Positions 12,201-24,162 of a DNA stretch of 64,000 bases are shown piece after piece. This DNA comes from Antedon mediterranea (taxonomy: Eukaryota > Animalia > Echinodermata). The notes beneath the pieces are model-generated. The model worked only from the letters and a program-made list of their open reading frames with translations, was not told the origin of the DNA and made no database searches. The position numbers and the translations under genes are program-made. The stretch lies in contig NC_092680.1 in the NCBI RefSeq assembly GCF_964355755.1, positions 8,680,001 through 8,744,000 of the forward strand. The letters run 5' to 3'. The stretch's first letter is position 1. Every line of letters starts with the position of its first letter.

Positions 12201-14484
12201 CCACAAAAAATTGAAAAAATATCAAAATCATTTAAAGAAAAAAAATGTAAATAAATAAAAATAAACAAAACGAATCCAAATATTACCACAATTGCGGAAA
12301 AGTAACTGTCATGTGTGAACAATATCGAGGTCATTTGTATGATTTAGGTTTCCGAAGCATTCGATTTATGTCCACTTTTTATTTTACCTATAGGTCAATA
12401 ATTAAAAACCAAAATATCAAATAATACACCACGAAAAAGTATATAGTTTGGTATGTTATACTTTCGTTAGTGTCTGCGCATCATCATCATCATCGACTCT
12501 CACCACTATGTGCTCTTTTTCGTTTGTTTTAGAGTCCATAAGCAGCTGTAGTTTTATTATTCCAATACTTCACATCTTATTTCTATAAATTACCAATTCA
12601 TATTTTATCATTGAAACTGCCCACTGATTGACCGAGTTCAACATGCATGTCCCTCTCATCTGTTTCTTACCCTCCTATTCAATATGTACATTCACGATGT
12701 CACTTTCTGATGCAAACCCTAGATTAATATTCACAAAACACAATATTTTTCTTTAGCTCTTTTATTTTCGTAAAGTCTTAACACAATAAAGTCTCCCGTA
12801 TCCAGTATTGCTTTTATTTTTTAGCTTACAGACATTTCAAAGTGAAGGAATATTTCGTGTATAACAAAACCAAGGCCGTAAATAGTTCCGAATTTTATTC
12901 TTGATACAATTTTTTTTAAATACTTTTGTACTTTTATCAGGCAACAGTGCGCTTTATTATACTTACTCCTTCCATGCGAATTGGTATATAACAACATATT
13001 AAGGCAGAAAAGGACGAGTAACTCCTAGTAATAATTATTATTATATTAATTTATGAAAGAAAAACAACTTATGAGGACGGAGAGCGGGTGGGGTTTTGTT
13101 TTGTTGCTTCCAGAATATTCTTTCCTCCTATCTTTCAAAACGGATACAGTAGGATTTAGTACAGCCAATCGTTTACAAATGTCGATCCATTTCTAACAGT
13201 TTTTAGTCGCATGCAAACGCGACTCTACAGTCCATGTTGATCGTTCGGCCGGCAAACACTAACCCAAATTTGAGCGCGCGACTTGCAGCCATATGTTCGT
13301 ACTATACACCACCCGTAAATGCGTCGAATTTGAGTGCGTTATAAATTGTTACCTTTTTTTCATGGTATTTTCCAATTAAGACTTACTTTCTTTAGTTTTG
13401 CCTCTTTCATTTATCATAATTTAATCACCATATTATTATGAATTATGAATTTTGTATAATTTCATCAAAAAAATATAAATCTGTTACATTGTAGTAATTG
13501 AAAGAAATCCAATATTTATTTGATTTGAATTGATACCTGTACACGTTTTTTTTTAATGAATTAGATCTGTCAAAATGAAATTCTTGATGATAACGGAATA
13601 CATTCGATAAAGAAGGCGTGCAAACAAGACGATTCCTGTTATAGTGAGGAAGATAAAAACGCCGATGAATGTGGTTTACACTTGCCAAAGTCTCATTGTC
13701 GATACTGTTGCACTACTAATTTGTGTAACCAGCCTGAAAATCCTTCTTCTAATGTGCCGACCACAATTCCTAATTCAGAAGTACAGACATCAACCATACA
13801 CCAGACGACAGGTAAGTTTTGATTGGTAATGCGTGGTTCCCACTGGCGACGCAACACAAGGACGTAACGCAACGCAAGTGAATTGACCAATCACAAGCGA
13901 TGGCTTATTCGCTTGTGATTGCTAACTGCCTATAACTTCGCTTGTCATTGGTTAAAACGCTTGCGTTGCGTTTACGTCCTTGCGTTACGTTCTAGTGGGA
14001 ACCAAGCTTTAAAGGAATAAAAACAGATTTATAATGTAACCAGCCGAAAACAATGATTACAGTAATCTCTAGTTACTTACCATATCCATTGGTGTTTCCC
14101 GGGGAATGTTTTTAAATTTGGTCATTGCAATTGATATGCTAATAGTCAAACTCTCTCTCAGAGCCACACTGGTAACTACATGTTTATTTGTTTATCTATT
14201 AATTCTTTTTTTCTACTGTAGAACTTGGAGAACTAAACTCCAGATCAAACTTATTAATGGTCGGCAAACATGATGCCGGGCTAATAATGCATCGAATGAT
14301 CCGGACACTTAGTAGCCAGTCCGCCATCAGATGTGCGCAGCAATGCATGATGGAACGCCAGTGCGTATCTATTTACTTCGGTAATAGTTTATGCCAGCTG
14401 AACACATATACTGAAGAAAGTTACGGAGAAAATATTAATTCAAATGTTAATATGAAATATTACACAATTAGCAATTGGCTCTAA
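9269..14484 (+). CDS. Ly6/uPAR three-finger domain + Ser/Thr/Pro linker + PAN/apple-domain protein; the signal-peptide exon was not confidently located
   Basis: Exons 9269-9357 (VNCYVCDG...CNSAGSVQTCSSTDE), 13565-13811 (ICQNEI...KKACKQ..SC...CRYCCTTNLCN, then an S/T/P-rich linker) and 14222-14484 (SAIRCAQQCMMERQCVSIYFGNSLCQLN, stop). Phases 1/0/1 are consistent and splice sites are canonical. Confidence 0.8.
10153..10264 (+). mobile_element. Short non-autonomous Helentron/HINE-like element; related copies at ~13201-13290 (-), ~26345-26443 (+), ~37531-37652 (-)
   Basis: Shared (GACC/GACA)n microsatellite and 3' hairpin TAGAGTCGYG...CGCGACTAAAA in four dispersed copies. Confidence 0.65.
10272..11760 (+). 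mobile_element. 5'-truncated, degenerate Rex1/Babar-type LINE (reverse transcriptase region to 3' tail)
   Basis: VRIMYFDFSSAFNTIQPHILINKL...TNTGA. An ADDSAMIGLI motif resumes at ~10915 after an insertion (~10587-10914). C-terminal HPLH...SGR..RTGRHSNSFLP; AATAAA and a (TATCTG)n tail. Confidence 0.88.
13828..14010. mobile_element. MITE, PIF/Harbinger-like; partial copies at ~5345-5470 and ~18318-18462
   Basis: TIRs GGTTCCCACT.GCGACGCAAC.CAAGGACGTAA / TTACGTCCTTGCGTTACGTTCTAGTGGGAACC. Confidence 0.75.
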
Positions 14485-14856
14485 TTCTTTCTGCCGTAAA
14501 AGATGTAAAAAAATGCCTTGAATGAGAATGATGAGACTCTACTTTTGTATTTTTCAAATATTGTAAGATTATTATAATGATGATAATATTTATAATATAT
14601 ATCATCAAGCACAATCTTGTCAGGAGCAAGCAATAGGCATAGGCCTGAATAAATTTAACTGCTTTTGCTCCAACAGCAGTTAATTGGATTGGATTTTTTT
14701 AATCGTTATTGTGATCAATGTTTTATTACAAACCATGGATTAAGTTTGAATAAAAGTACAATTCACAGTAATTTCAATTAATTGCATACTGTAGCTAAAA
14801 TCCTTTAGTTTTGATACGACTGAGCATTATAGTATATATAATTCAGTACACAACAT

Positions 14857-17800
14857 CTACTTTTCAAGAAACTCTAAAATTAATCTATTAACTTCTTCTG
14901 GTTTTTCTTGTTGAACACAATGTCCTGCATCAACGTACTGTTTCGAAACGTTTGTTAGGTATTTATCAAGTCCTTTAGTTATGTCCAATACCATGCCTAT
15001 ATCATTCACACCCCATATTAATAGCGTTGGCGTGTGGATTACTACATCTTCCTTAAGCCACGAGGATGATGGAGACCTAAGGAGGCATCGGTAATAGTTT
15101 ACTTGGCCTGAAACAGCTCCTAAGAATAAAATATGTATGTATAGTGTTTTTTACATTTACAATGGGTGTAATAAAATGATAAATTAGCATTATTTATTTA
15201 TACTCCACTCTACGGATTGAAAGAAAATAAATGTTTGAAATGAAAAATGCTGATTGCTACCTGGTCTAGACATACTGTATTTGTACACTTCAAGCTCTTC
15301 TTCGGTGAGATCCACATTTTTGAATAATTTCTTAAGGAACGGGTAGTCACCAACTGAAAGCATAAACTCTGGTAGGAAAGGAACTTGAAAGAAGAATATG
15401 TACCTAAATACAATCAAGATACTTGTTATTATTACACTACTTACAGAACAGTGTCAGGAATCATCAGGTGCGTTCATTTTGTAGTAAAATTGATAACTTT
15501 GGTTGGAAATAACATTTCTTACTTGTCAGAATACCGAATATAAAAATACAAATATTTAAATGGTGGACCCATTAAGTTAAAACAGCACTTTATTTTCCAA
15601 GTTTTAGGCCCAGGGCTACGCTATTTTAAACTATTACATGCAAATGTGACAGAATCAAATTGTTGTCACTACATTTGAAGCATTACTGTCTACAATGTAT
15701 GACTGGTTGATGAAGTAAACTTTAAAATGTGTGCTGCCCTCTCCTCATGTCATTGTTTTAAATTATACAGTAGCTATACATATAACAAAATGTACAGCCA
15801 CAGTTATTTGAAGCCATTATGCGTACAATCTGCCCCTTGTAATTATATTCAAACATTAGGGAAAATAGACTTGTATATTCTTCGGAGTTGCTGCCCATTT
15901 GCAAATTACTGATGAAATCAAATAATTGCTGCAGTACAATAAGAGATGTACAGATATACTGAAACCTCATAAGCACCAGCGATTGTCCAATACATTATGC
16001 TCCTTACCATGACATCATAAATTGCGTTAGATTTGTTTTCAAAACTTCAAAATATCTTGTAGGATGTGGTCCATTAGCAACGATCAGTTTGTCAACAATA
16101 TCAGGATACCAGCTAGAGCATGTATAGGCAATAATGCTTCCCCAGCCGTGACCAACTAACGTGCAAGAGCTATATCCAAGAGCTGATATCACTGCCTTAA
16201 CATCACCTGGAAAATGTTAAAATAGTAACAATAATTTTAAATTAAATATTATGTTCTTCCATATCTAATCTTTGATTTGAAACTTTGTGTATCCAGCTTT
16301 CCAGAAGTCCTTTAGTTGGTGGCTCAGAATGTTTCAAAATGCATTTTAAAATGTACGACAGATTTAGGAAAATAAATTTTCAGTTTACTACTTCTCCTTG
16401 TGTAAATGAAACTCACCAACCAACAGTTGCATTTTGTAAGATTCTCTGCCACTTGGACGATCTGATTCGCCAAACCCTCTCATGTCTATTGCCACACACC
16501 TGAGGTTTAGGATTAATAAAAAGTTGGAAGTAGAGATGCAAATAATATGGTTACTATATTAACCAAACTTTATGTTTCATGATCAAGTCACCAACCCTAT
16601 CTGAAATACACTTGTAAGTTAACTCATTTAGTCTTAAAATTTGAAAAAAACCCTAAATTATTATTATTTGCCTATTCAATTATGATACCTATAAATAATT
16701 TGTTTTTCTTGAGTCTAAATTGAGCTTGGACATTACAATTAAATAATATGTTCAGCAACCAAACTTTGAAGAAGTTAGTGTGGCACTTGATCAATCATCT
16801 TAATTAGGTTATATGCATTATCATGCATATAACCTCTTGATTCTGTCAAAATCTTTATTTATTTATTTATTTATTTATTCTTTCCTTAGCACTATTTTGT
16901 CCGTGAATTATCTTGATATCAGTTTCATCTATCTAAGTCAATTTTTCAGAGTATATTCCTTATGGCCAGGAATCGATGTGGTTATGTTTTCAGGGTGCGC
17001 AATCAAACATTACGCGGTGTAATCATATTCTTCACAAGCATGAATCACTTTTAAACAAAATTTGGTACTCATAAATTTCAGGTCATATTTCATCATATGG
17101 CAATACAATTACGTGCGTAGCGCATGTAACGCATGCGTACGCGCGCTTAAAATGTTGAAAATTGTCAGAATTTATTTTCGATGAAATTAGAGTAGGTTTC
17201 AGGCAATTTTAAGCGTTTAAAAAATTGCCATGAGTGCGCAGATTTTTGCACGCGCACTGCGCGTCAAACGTTAGTGCGCACTGTTTTTGTCCGATTACTG
17301 TTGTATAACCTTTCTTTAATAATATCATCATATTTCATTCACTTTTCAACGCGAAACAGCGTTATACGAGAACGTCAAAAGTGACAGGCTATGCACGTGT
17401 AAGTTAACAAAATGGTGAAAATATGCTAAATTTTAAAATTAATATATATCGTTAGAATGCTCGGGAACACCTATTTTTTATTTAATTTTCTTGAAGTGTA
17501 TGTATCATATGTATGATTTATTATGAAATTAGAAGAACAAAAGTTGATTAAGTCATCATTAATGGCATATTAAATTTAACAAAATTAATTTCGACAATCA
17601 AACAAATTATAACATTTTCTTAGGCCAAAATAACAAACTTAACATTAACTTTCTTCCTTAAGAAGTTCATATATTAAAGTTAAAAGTATATAGTTTGACA
17701 GTGCATCATTTTTTTAAATTTTTAAAGATGTCATCATAGTAAAACATTATAATTCATTGCGGTATGTAATAATCTATTTGCACCAAACTGGTTACTGCAT

Positions 17801-19189
17801 AGTAAATACACGGAGGAATCTTTCCATAACTTTTAGTCGGTTGTGTATGGCTCGGTGGTCTTTGCTCGTGTCTATAGCATTCAAGTACCGAGTTCGAGTC
17901 TCACCTTGGGAAACCAAACGAAATAAGATTTTTTTTATTATCCGTATTGGTTGTTCAATGTATTTCTTAGTGTATAGATTATACACATGATTTATAATGA
18001 AATCTAAATAAAAACACAAATGTGGTTTATGACATTATATACACAGAAAGATTTTTGATCGGATTATGATACCGGCTATTGTATTTGCGTTAGCAAGATC
18101 CTATCATATATTATAAATAACTAACGATTCTGAGAAAATCAATCAATCAATCAATATATCTTAAATCAATCAATTATCTTTATTTAAATCAATGCATATA
18201 ACCTATAATTCGTCATAGTGACGAATTAAATCTAGTTTAAAATTATCTTTGTTTGTGTGTACTGACGAAAGAATATAAACTAGAAATTATGGTGTGTACA
18301 ACAGCACTCCAGTTTAAATGCTTGGTTACCACTAGGACACAAGACCAACACAATTGATTTTTACCAATCACAAGCAATTTTATTATACAGTATGAACCAT
18401 TGTCATAAATAGTTCAAGTCACTTGTGTTGCGCTTACGTCCTTGTGTCATAGTGTGAACCAACCAAGATGTAGTAATGACTGGCCCAGCAGAATTCTTTT
18501 ACCTATATAAATGACAGAAAGCCTTCATCTGGTGTCGCCATGAGTACCAGCATTCTGGAAAGCCATGCAAGAACAACATCAAAGGCTTACTGCGATCTCC
18601 GGCTGCAACGTAATGAAGTTTCAGACCCTGTTTGAAAATGAAACAATATAGTTTACAATACAAAAATTTGTTTTTTTTTCTATCAATTGTTTAACTGTTC
18701 CTATTATAATTGGCAAAATCTTATAATTCTTGATAATGATAATAGTATGTATGTAGTATAGTTACAGTGTTACAATAAGCATGGAGGTACCTCTATGCAG
18801 CAAGTACTAGGCCTACTAACTAGGCCCTATATCATATGCTAGAAACTAAGAAAGAATTTTTCTAACAAAGTTGAGCTTCAATTCAACAGGGGAAAACCCA
18901 CGGATCTTGATACAGTTTTTTTTTTATATATGTCTAGGCGAAATACATTTTGTGACTGACTTACATTAACAGCCAGAAATCCGTGCTTTCCGTGCGATTC
19001 CTCGTCCATACAGCCAGGCCATGTCCCACGTCGTTTACGCTTGAAAAACCAACCAGGGCCGTTCATAATGAACGAGTACGCTAGTTTTAGAAGAACAAAG
19101 TATCCATATATAAGGCCTAGAATTAACGAGTAATAATAACCGGGAGTTTTTCCAATGAAAAACCCACAACTTCGCTTCAGAGACAACAT
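14857..19189 (-). CDS. EPHX4: Epoxide hydrolase 4-like paralog A (alpha/beta hydrolase; nucleophile Asp replaced by Gly)
   Basis: Exons 19189-18965, 18627-18503, 16499-16417, 16206-16008, 15403-15261, 15119-14857 (stop TAG). N-terminal hydrophobic anchor, LFLHGFPECWYSWRHQ, DMRGFGESD, GHGWGS, WYIFFFQ, NYYR, IWGVND, AGHCVQQEKP. Confidence 0.9.
16802..18235 (-). mobile_element. 1.4-kb non-autonomous Helentron/DINE-1-like element in intron 2 of EPHX4-A
   Basis: Reverse complement of the 19612-22512 units. 5' CTAGATTTAATTCGTCACTATGACGAATT hairpin, sub-terminal AGGTTATATGCAT, (AATA)n, and 3' palindrome AGGTTATATGCAT...ATGCATATAACCT. Confidence 0.8.
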
Positions 19190-19611
19190 TTCAATTCAAT
19201 TTGTAAAAAAAATTTCAAATGTGAAGCAAACAGGGACCTAGAACGACGACAATTGAAAAGTTATCTAACTTTGTTTACGTACTTCCGCGCGAAACAATAC
19301 AATCAGCTGGACTCGATGAACCGTGACAACGACAACACGACATATTATCAAAGAATATTATCGGTGACTACTTCTTCTTCGCATGCAGCTAAAGTAAAAT
19401 GACGTCACGTTAAAGTGGGTCGTCACAGAGTCTCATGCATATTAATGAAGCAAACTTGCTGAGAGTTTTTTCACACACGCGACGCGAGATTTATCGAAAA
19501 ATAATAATTGTTTTCACTGCTGTGGATAATAAATAATATACTTTAATTTTAACATGACAGGAGAGCCTATATACTTCCAGTGCGAATAAAAAATAATAAT
19601 AATGTACAATA

Positions 19612-22512
19612 CTAGATTTAATTCGTCACTATGACGAATTATAGGTTATATGCATTGATTTTAATAAAGATAATTGATTTTTAAAAGATATTTTGATTCA
19701 TTGATTTTCTCAGATTCTTTAATTATTTATAATATATGATAGGACCTTGCTAACGCGAATACAATAGCCGGTATCACAATCCGATCAAAGATCCCTCTGC
19801 GTATAATGTCATAAACCACATTTGCTGTTACATAATAATAAAGACATAAGTTATTTTTTATCTAGATTTCATTATAAATCATGTGTATAATATATACACT
19901 AAGAAATAAATTTGAACAAACAATACGAATAATAAAAAAAAAATCTTATTTCGTTTCCAAAGGTGAGACTCGATCTCGGTACCTTGAGTGCCATAGACAC
20001 GAGCACACACCACCGAGCCATACACAACTGTCTAAAAATTGTAGAAAAATTCCTCCGTGTATTTACTATGCAGTAACCACTTTGGTGCAGATAGATTATT
20101 ACATACCGCAATGAATTATAATTTTTTACTATGATGACATCTCTAAAAATGTACAAAAATGATGCACTGTCAAACTATATACTTTTAACTTTAATATATG
20201 AACTTTTGGAGGAAGAAAGTTAATGTTAAGTTTGTTATTTTGGCCTAAGAAAATGTCATAATTTGTTTGATTGTCGAAATGAATTTTTTTTAATTTAATA
20301 TGCAATTAATTATGGCTTAATCAACTTTTGTTCTCTTAGTTTAATAATAAATCATACATAAGATACATACACTTCAAGAAAATGAAATAAAAAATATGTG
20401 TTCCCGAGCATTCTGACGATCTATATTAATTTTAAAATTTAGCATATTTTCACCATTTTGTTAACTTACACGTGCGTAGCCTGTCACTTTTGACGTGCTC
20501 GTATAAGGCAATTACGCGTTGAAAAGTGAATAAAATATGATGATATTATTAAAGAAAGGTTGTACAACCGAAATCGGACAAAAAGAGTGCGCATTAACGT
20601 ATAACGCGCAGTGCGCGTGCAAAAATCTGCGCACTCATGGCAATTTTTTAAACGCTTAAAATTGCCTGAAACGTACTCTAATTTCATCGAAAATAAATTT
20701 TGACAATTTTGAACATTTTAAGCGCGCGTACGCAAGCGTTATATGCGCTACGCACGTAATTGTATTGCCATATGATGAAATATGACCTGAAATTTATGAG
20801 TACCAAATTTTGTTTAATTGTGATTCATGCTTGTGAAGATATGATTACAAACGTGATTTCGTAAAATCGCGCGTAGACCGCGTAATTTTTGATTACGCAT
20901 CGTGAAAATATAACCACATCGATTCCTGGCCATAAGGAATATACTCTGAAAAATTGACTTAAATAGATGAAACTGATATCAAGATAATTCACGGACAAAA
21001 TAGTGCTAAGGAAAGAATAAATAAACTAGATTTAATTCGTCACTATGACGAATTATAGGTTATATGCATTGATTTTAATAAAGATAATTGATTTTTAAAA
21101 GATATTTTGATTCATTGATTTTCTCAGATTCTATAATTATTTATAATATATGATAGGACCTTGCTAACGCGAATACAATAGCCGGTATCACAATCCGATC
21201 AAAGATCCCTCTGCGTATAATGTCATAAACCACATTTGCTGTTACATAATAATAAAGACATAAGTTATTTTTTATCTAGATTTCATTATAAATCATGTGT
21301 ATAATATATACACTAAGAAATAAATTTGAACAAACAATACGGATAATAAAAAAAAAAATCTTACTTCGTTTCCCAAGGTGAGACTCGATCTCGGTACCTT
21401 GAGTGCCATAGACACGAGCACACACCACCGAGCCATACACAACTGTCTAAAAATTGTAGAAAAATTCCTCCGTGTATTTACTATGCAGTAACCACTTTGG
21501 TGCAGATAGATTATTAAATACCGCAATGAATTATAATTTTTTACTATGATGACATCTCTAAAAATGTACAAAAATGATGCACTGTCAAACTATATACTTT
21601 TAACTTTAATATATGAACTTTTGGAGGAAGAAAGTTAATGTTAAGTTTGTTATTTTGGCCTAAGAAAATGTCATAATTTGTTTGATTGTCGAAATGAATT
21701 TTTTTTAATTTAATATGCAATCAATTATGGCTTAATCAACTTTTGTTCCCTTAGTTTAATAATAAATCATACATAAGATACATACACTTCAAGAAAATGA
21801 AATAAAAAATATGTGTTCCCGAGCATTTTGACGATCTATATTAATTTTAAAATTTAGCATATTTTCACCATTTTGTTAACTTACACGTGCGTAGCCTGTC
21901 ACTTTTGACGTGCTCGTATAAGGCAATTACGCGTTGAAAAGTGAATAAAATATGATGATATTATTAAAGAAAGGTTGTACAACCGAAATCGGACAAAAAG
22001 AGTGCGCATTAACGTATAACGCGCAGTGCGCGTGCAAAAATCTGCGCACTCATGGCAATTTTTTAAACGCTTAAAATTGCCTGAAACGTACTCTAATTTC
22101 ATCGAAAATAAATTTTGACAATTTTGAACATTTTAAGCGCGCGTACGCAAGCGTTATATGCGCTACGCACGTAATTGTATTGCCATATGATGAAATATGA
22201 CCTGAAATTTATGAGTACCAAATTTTGTTTAATTGTGATTCATGCTTGTGAAGATATGATTACAAACGTGATTTCGTAAAATCGCGCGTAGACCGCGTAA
22301 TTTTTGATTACGCATCGTGAAAATATAACCACATCGATTCCTGGCCATAAGGAATATACTCTGAAAAATTGACTTAGATAGATGAAACTGATATCAAGAT
22401 AATTCACGGACAAAATAGTGCTAAGGAAAGAATAAATAAATAAATAAATAAATAAATAAAGATTTTGACAGAATCAAGAGGTTATATGCATATCATGCAT
22501 ATAACCTAATTA
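19612..22512 (+). mobile_element. Head-to-tail dimer of the same Helentron-like element (units 19612-21025 and 21026-22512)
   Basis: Near-identical units with period 1414; the duplicated ORFs 20484-20687 and 21899-22102 are identical. Only the second unit has the 3' hairpin. Confidence 0.88.
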
Positions 22513-22837
22513 GTCACGTATTTTCAAATGCTGCAAGACATGAGACCCGAAATAGGCTAGGCCTAGGCCTCCTACTGTAGTGGCAGCGCAGTGCATACCT
22601 GAGAGCTAGGGTGGGTGGGAAGTTAGCTAGAAGTGTACATCTGCACGATGCCACGCGGTAACGATGAAGGGGAGGATATGGATGGCCTGATAGTGGGCAG
22701 TGTATACTGTATTTTAATTTAGTTAGGCCCCCAGTTAGGCCGCTAGTGAGTGGAGGGCCGTAGCCAGGATCTGTCAAGGTGGGGTTCGGACACTAAATAT
22801 TTGGGTCAACCCCCCCCCCCCCCTCCCCCAGCCTGAT

Positions 22838-24162
22838 GCGAAGCGAATTTTGTTAAATGACACCCCTAGATGGCCGGAAAGACACCCCTAGATGGCCGGA
22901 AAGACACTAGTGCAGCATGCTATATAACCAATGAGCAAAAAGATCGTACTTTTTTCCTCCTCCTCAAACACGTCGATAATTTAAATGACGATAACTATTT
23001 GTTGCCGTATGTTAGATGCGCGTGCTCTGTGCGGAACCGCCGATTGTTTGATCATTTACTCCGTATTTTGTTTTGCGTTCAAGTTCAATGCGAACGTATA
23101 TCTAGGAGCCGCCCCGAAAAAAGCACACTGGGTGAAGGCAAATGCTATTTGCTAGCTCTATCTATAATATTTATTTACAGCAATTTGTTGAGGAATATAA
23201 ATATGTAAATCAGGCCCGTAGCCAGGGGGGGTTTTTATGGTTCGGGCGAACCCCCCCCCCCCCCCCCTTTACAGCGAACCCCCCTTAACCGACTGCGAAC
23301 CCCCATCCCCGACATGCCCAATACCTCACCCTCATCTCCGAAAATCGTCCAAATACGTGCCCCACAGTACAAAAAGTTGTTCGTAAATTAAAAAATTCGT
23401 AAACTCGTTCGGAATAACTCATACAGTACCTTCTTCCCTGTATGAGCGTACTTCGAGCGATATAGTCTGTAAATTTCTAGAGTTGCAAATGAATTGCCGA
23501 TTTTATCAACATGATATTGACGCGTCTCACAGCGAGCTGGGGGACGAACGATTCGTACAAAGGACACCGCCAGACAACTGCGTACCAATTGTTTAGATCA
23601 CTGGCAGTCAGGCAGCATGCATAAAGTATATAGCCTTCCGACATACATCAGTATTTATGTGTGGCTATGAAGTATAATGTATCATAGAGGATTATAGTGA
23701 ATATTAATATTTTACACTATAATATCTATGGTATCATGTACTGTAGTTCACATTATGGCATCCGATTATTTTTTTCTAGACCACCAGCCGATACGTACTC
23801 AAATGTATCAATATCACCTATTTACATTGGCATATTTAATTTCCTCAACAAATTGCTGTAAATAAATATTATAGATAGAGCCATAATAAGAATTGCATTT
23901 TCCTTCACCCAGTGTGCTTTTTTCGGGGCTTCTCCTAGACGTACGTTCGCATTGAACTTGAACGCAAAACAAAATATCGAATAAAATGATCTAACAATCG
24001 GCGGTTCCGCGCACAGAGCACGCGCATCTAACATACGGCAACAAATGTTATCGTTTAAATAGTCCACGAGTCCAAGTACGATCGTTTTGCTCATTGGTAG
24101 CATGCTGCATGAGAGTGTCTTTTCCGGCCATCTAGGGGTGTCATTTAACAAAATTTGCTTCG
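22838..24162. repeat. Inverted repeat pair of ~350 bp (22838-23205 vs 23822-24162) with hAT-like CAGG..GTAGCCAGG end fragments
   Basis: GCGAAGCGAATTTTGTTAAATGACACCCCTAGATGGCCGGAAAGACAC vs its reverse complement. A ~57-bp direct duplication occurs at 23787 and 24161. Confidence 0.75.

Noticed and set aside
20484-22102. Duplicated 67-aa and 85/92-aa ORFs
   Set aside because: They are by-products of the duplicated non-coding element and show no recognisable motifs.
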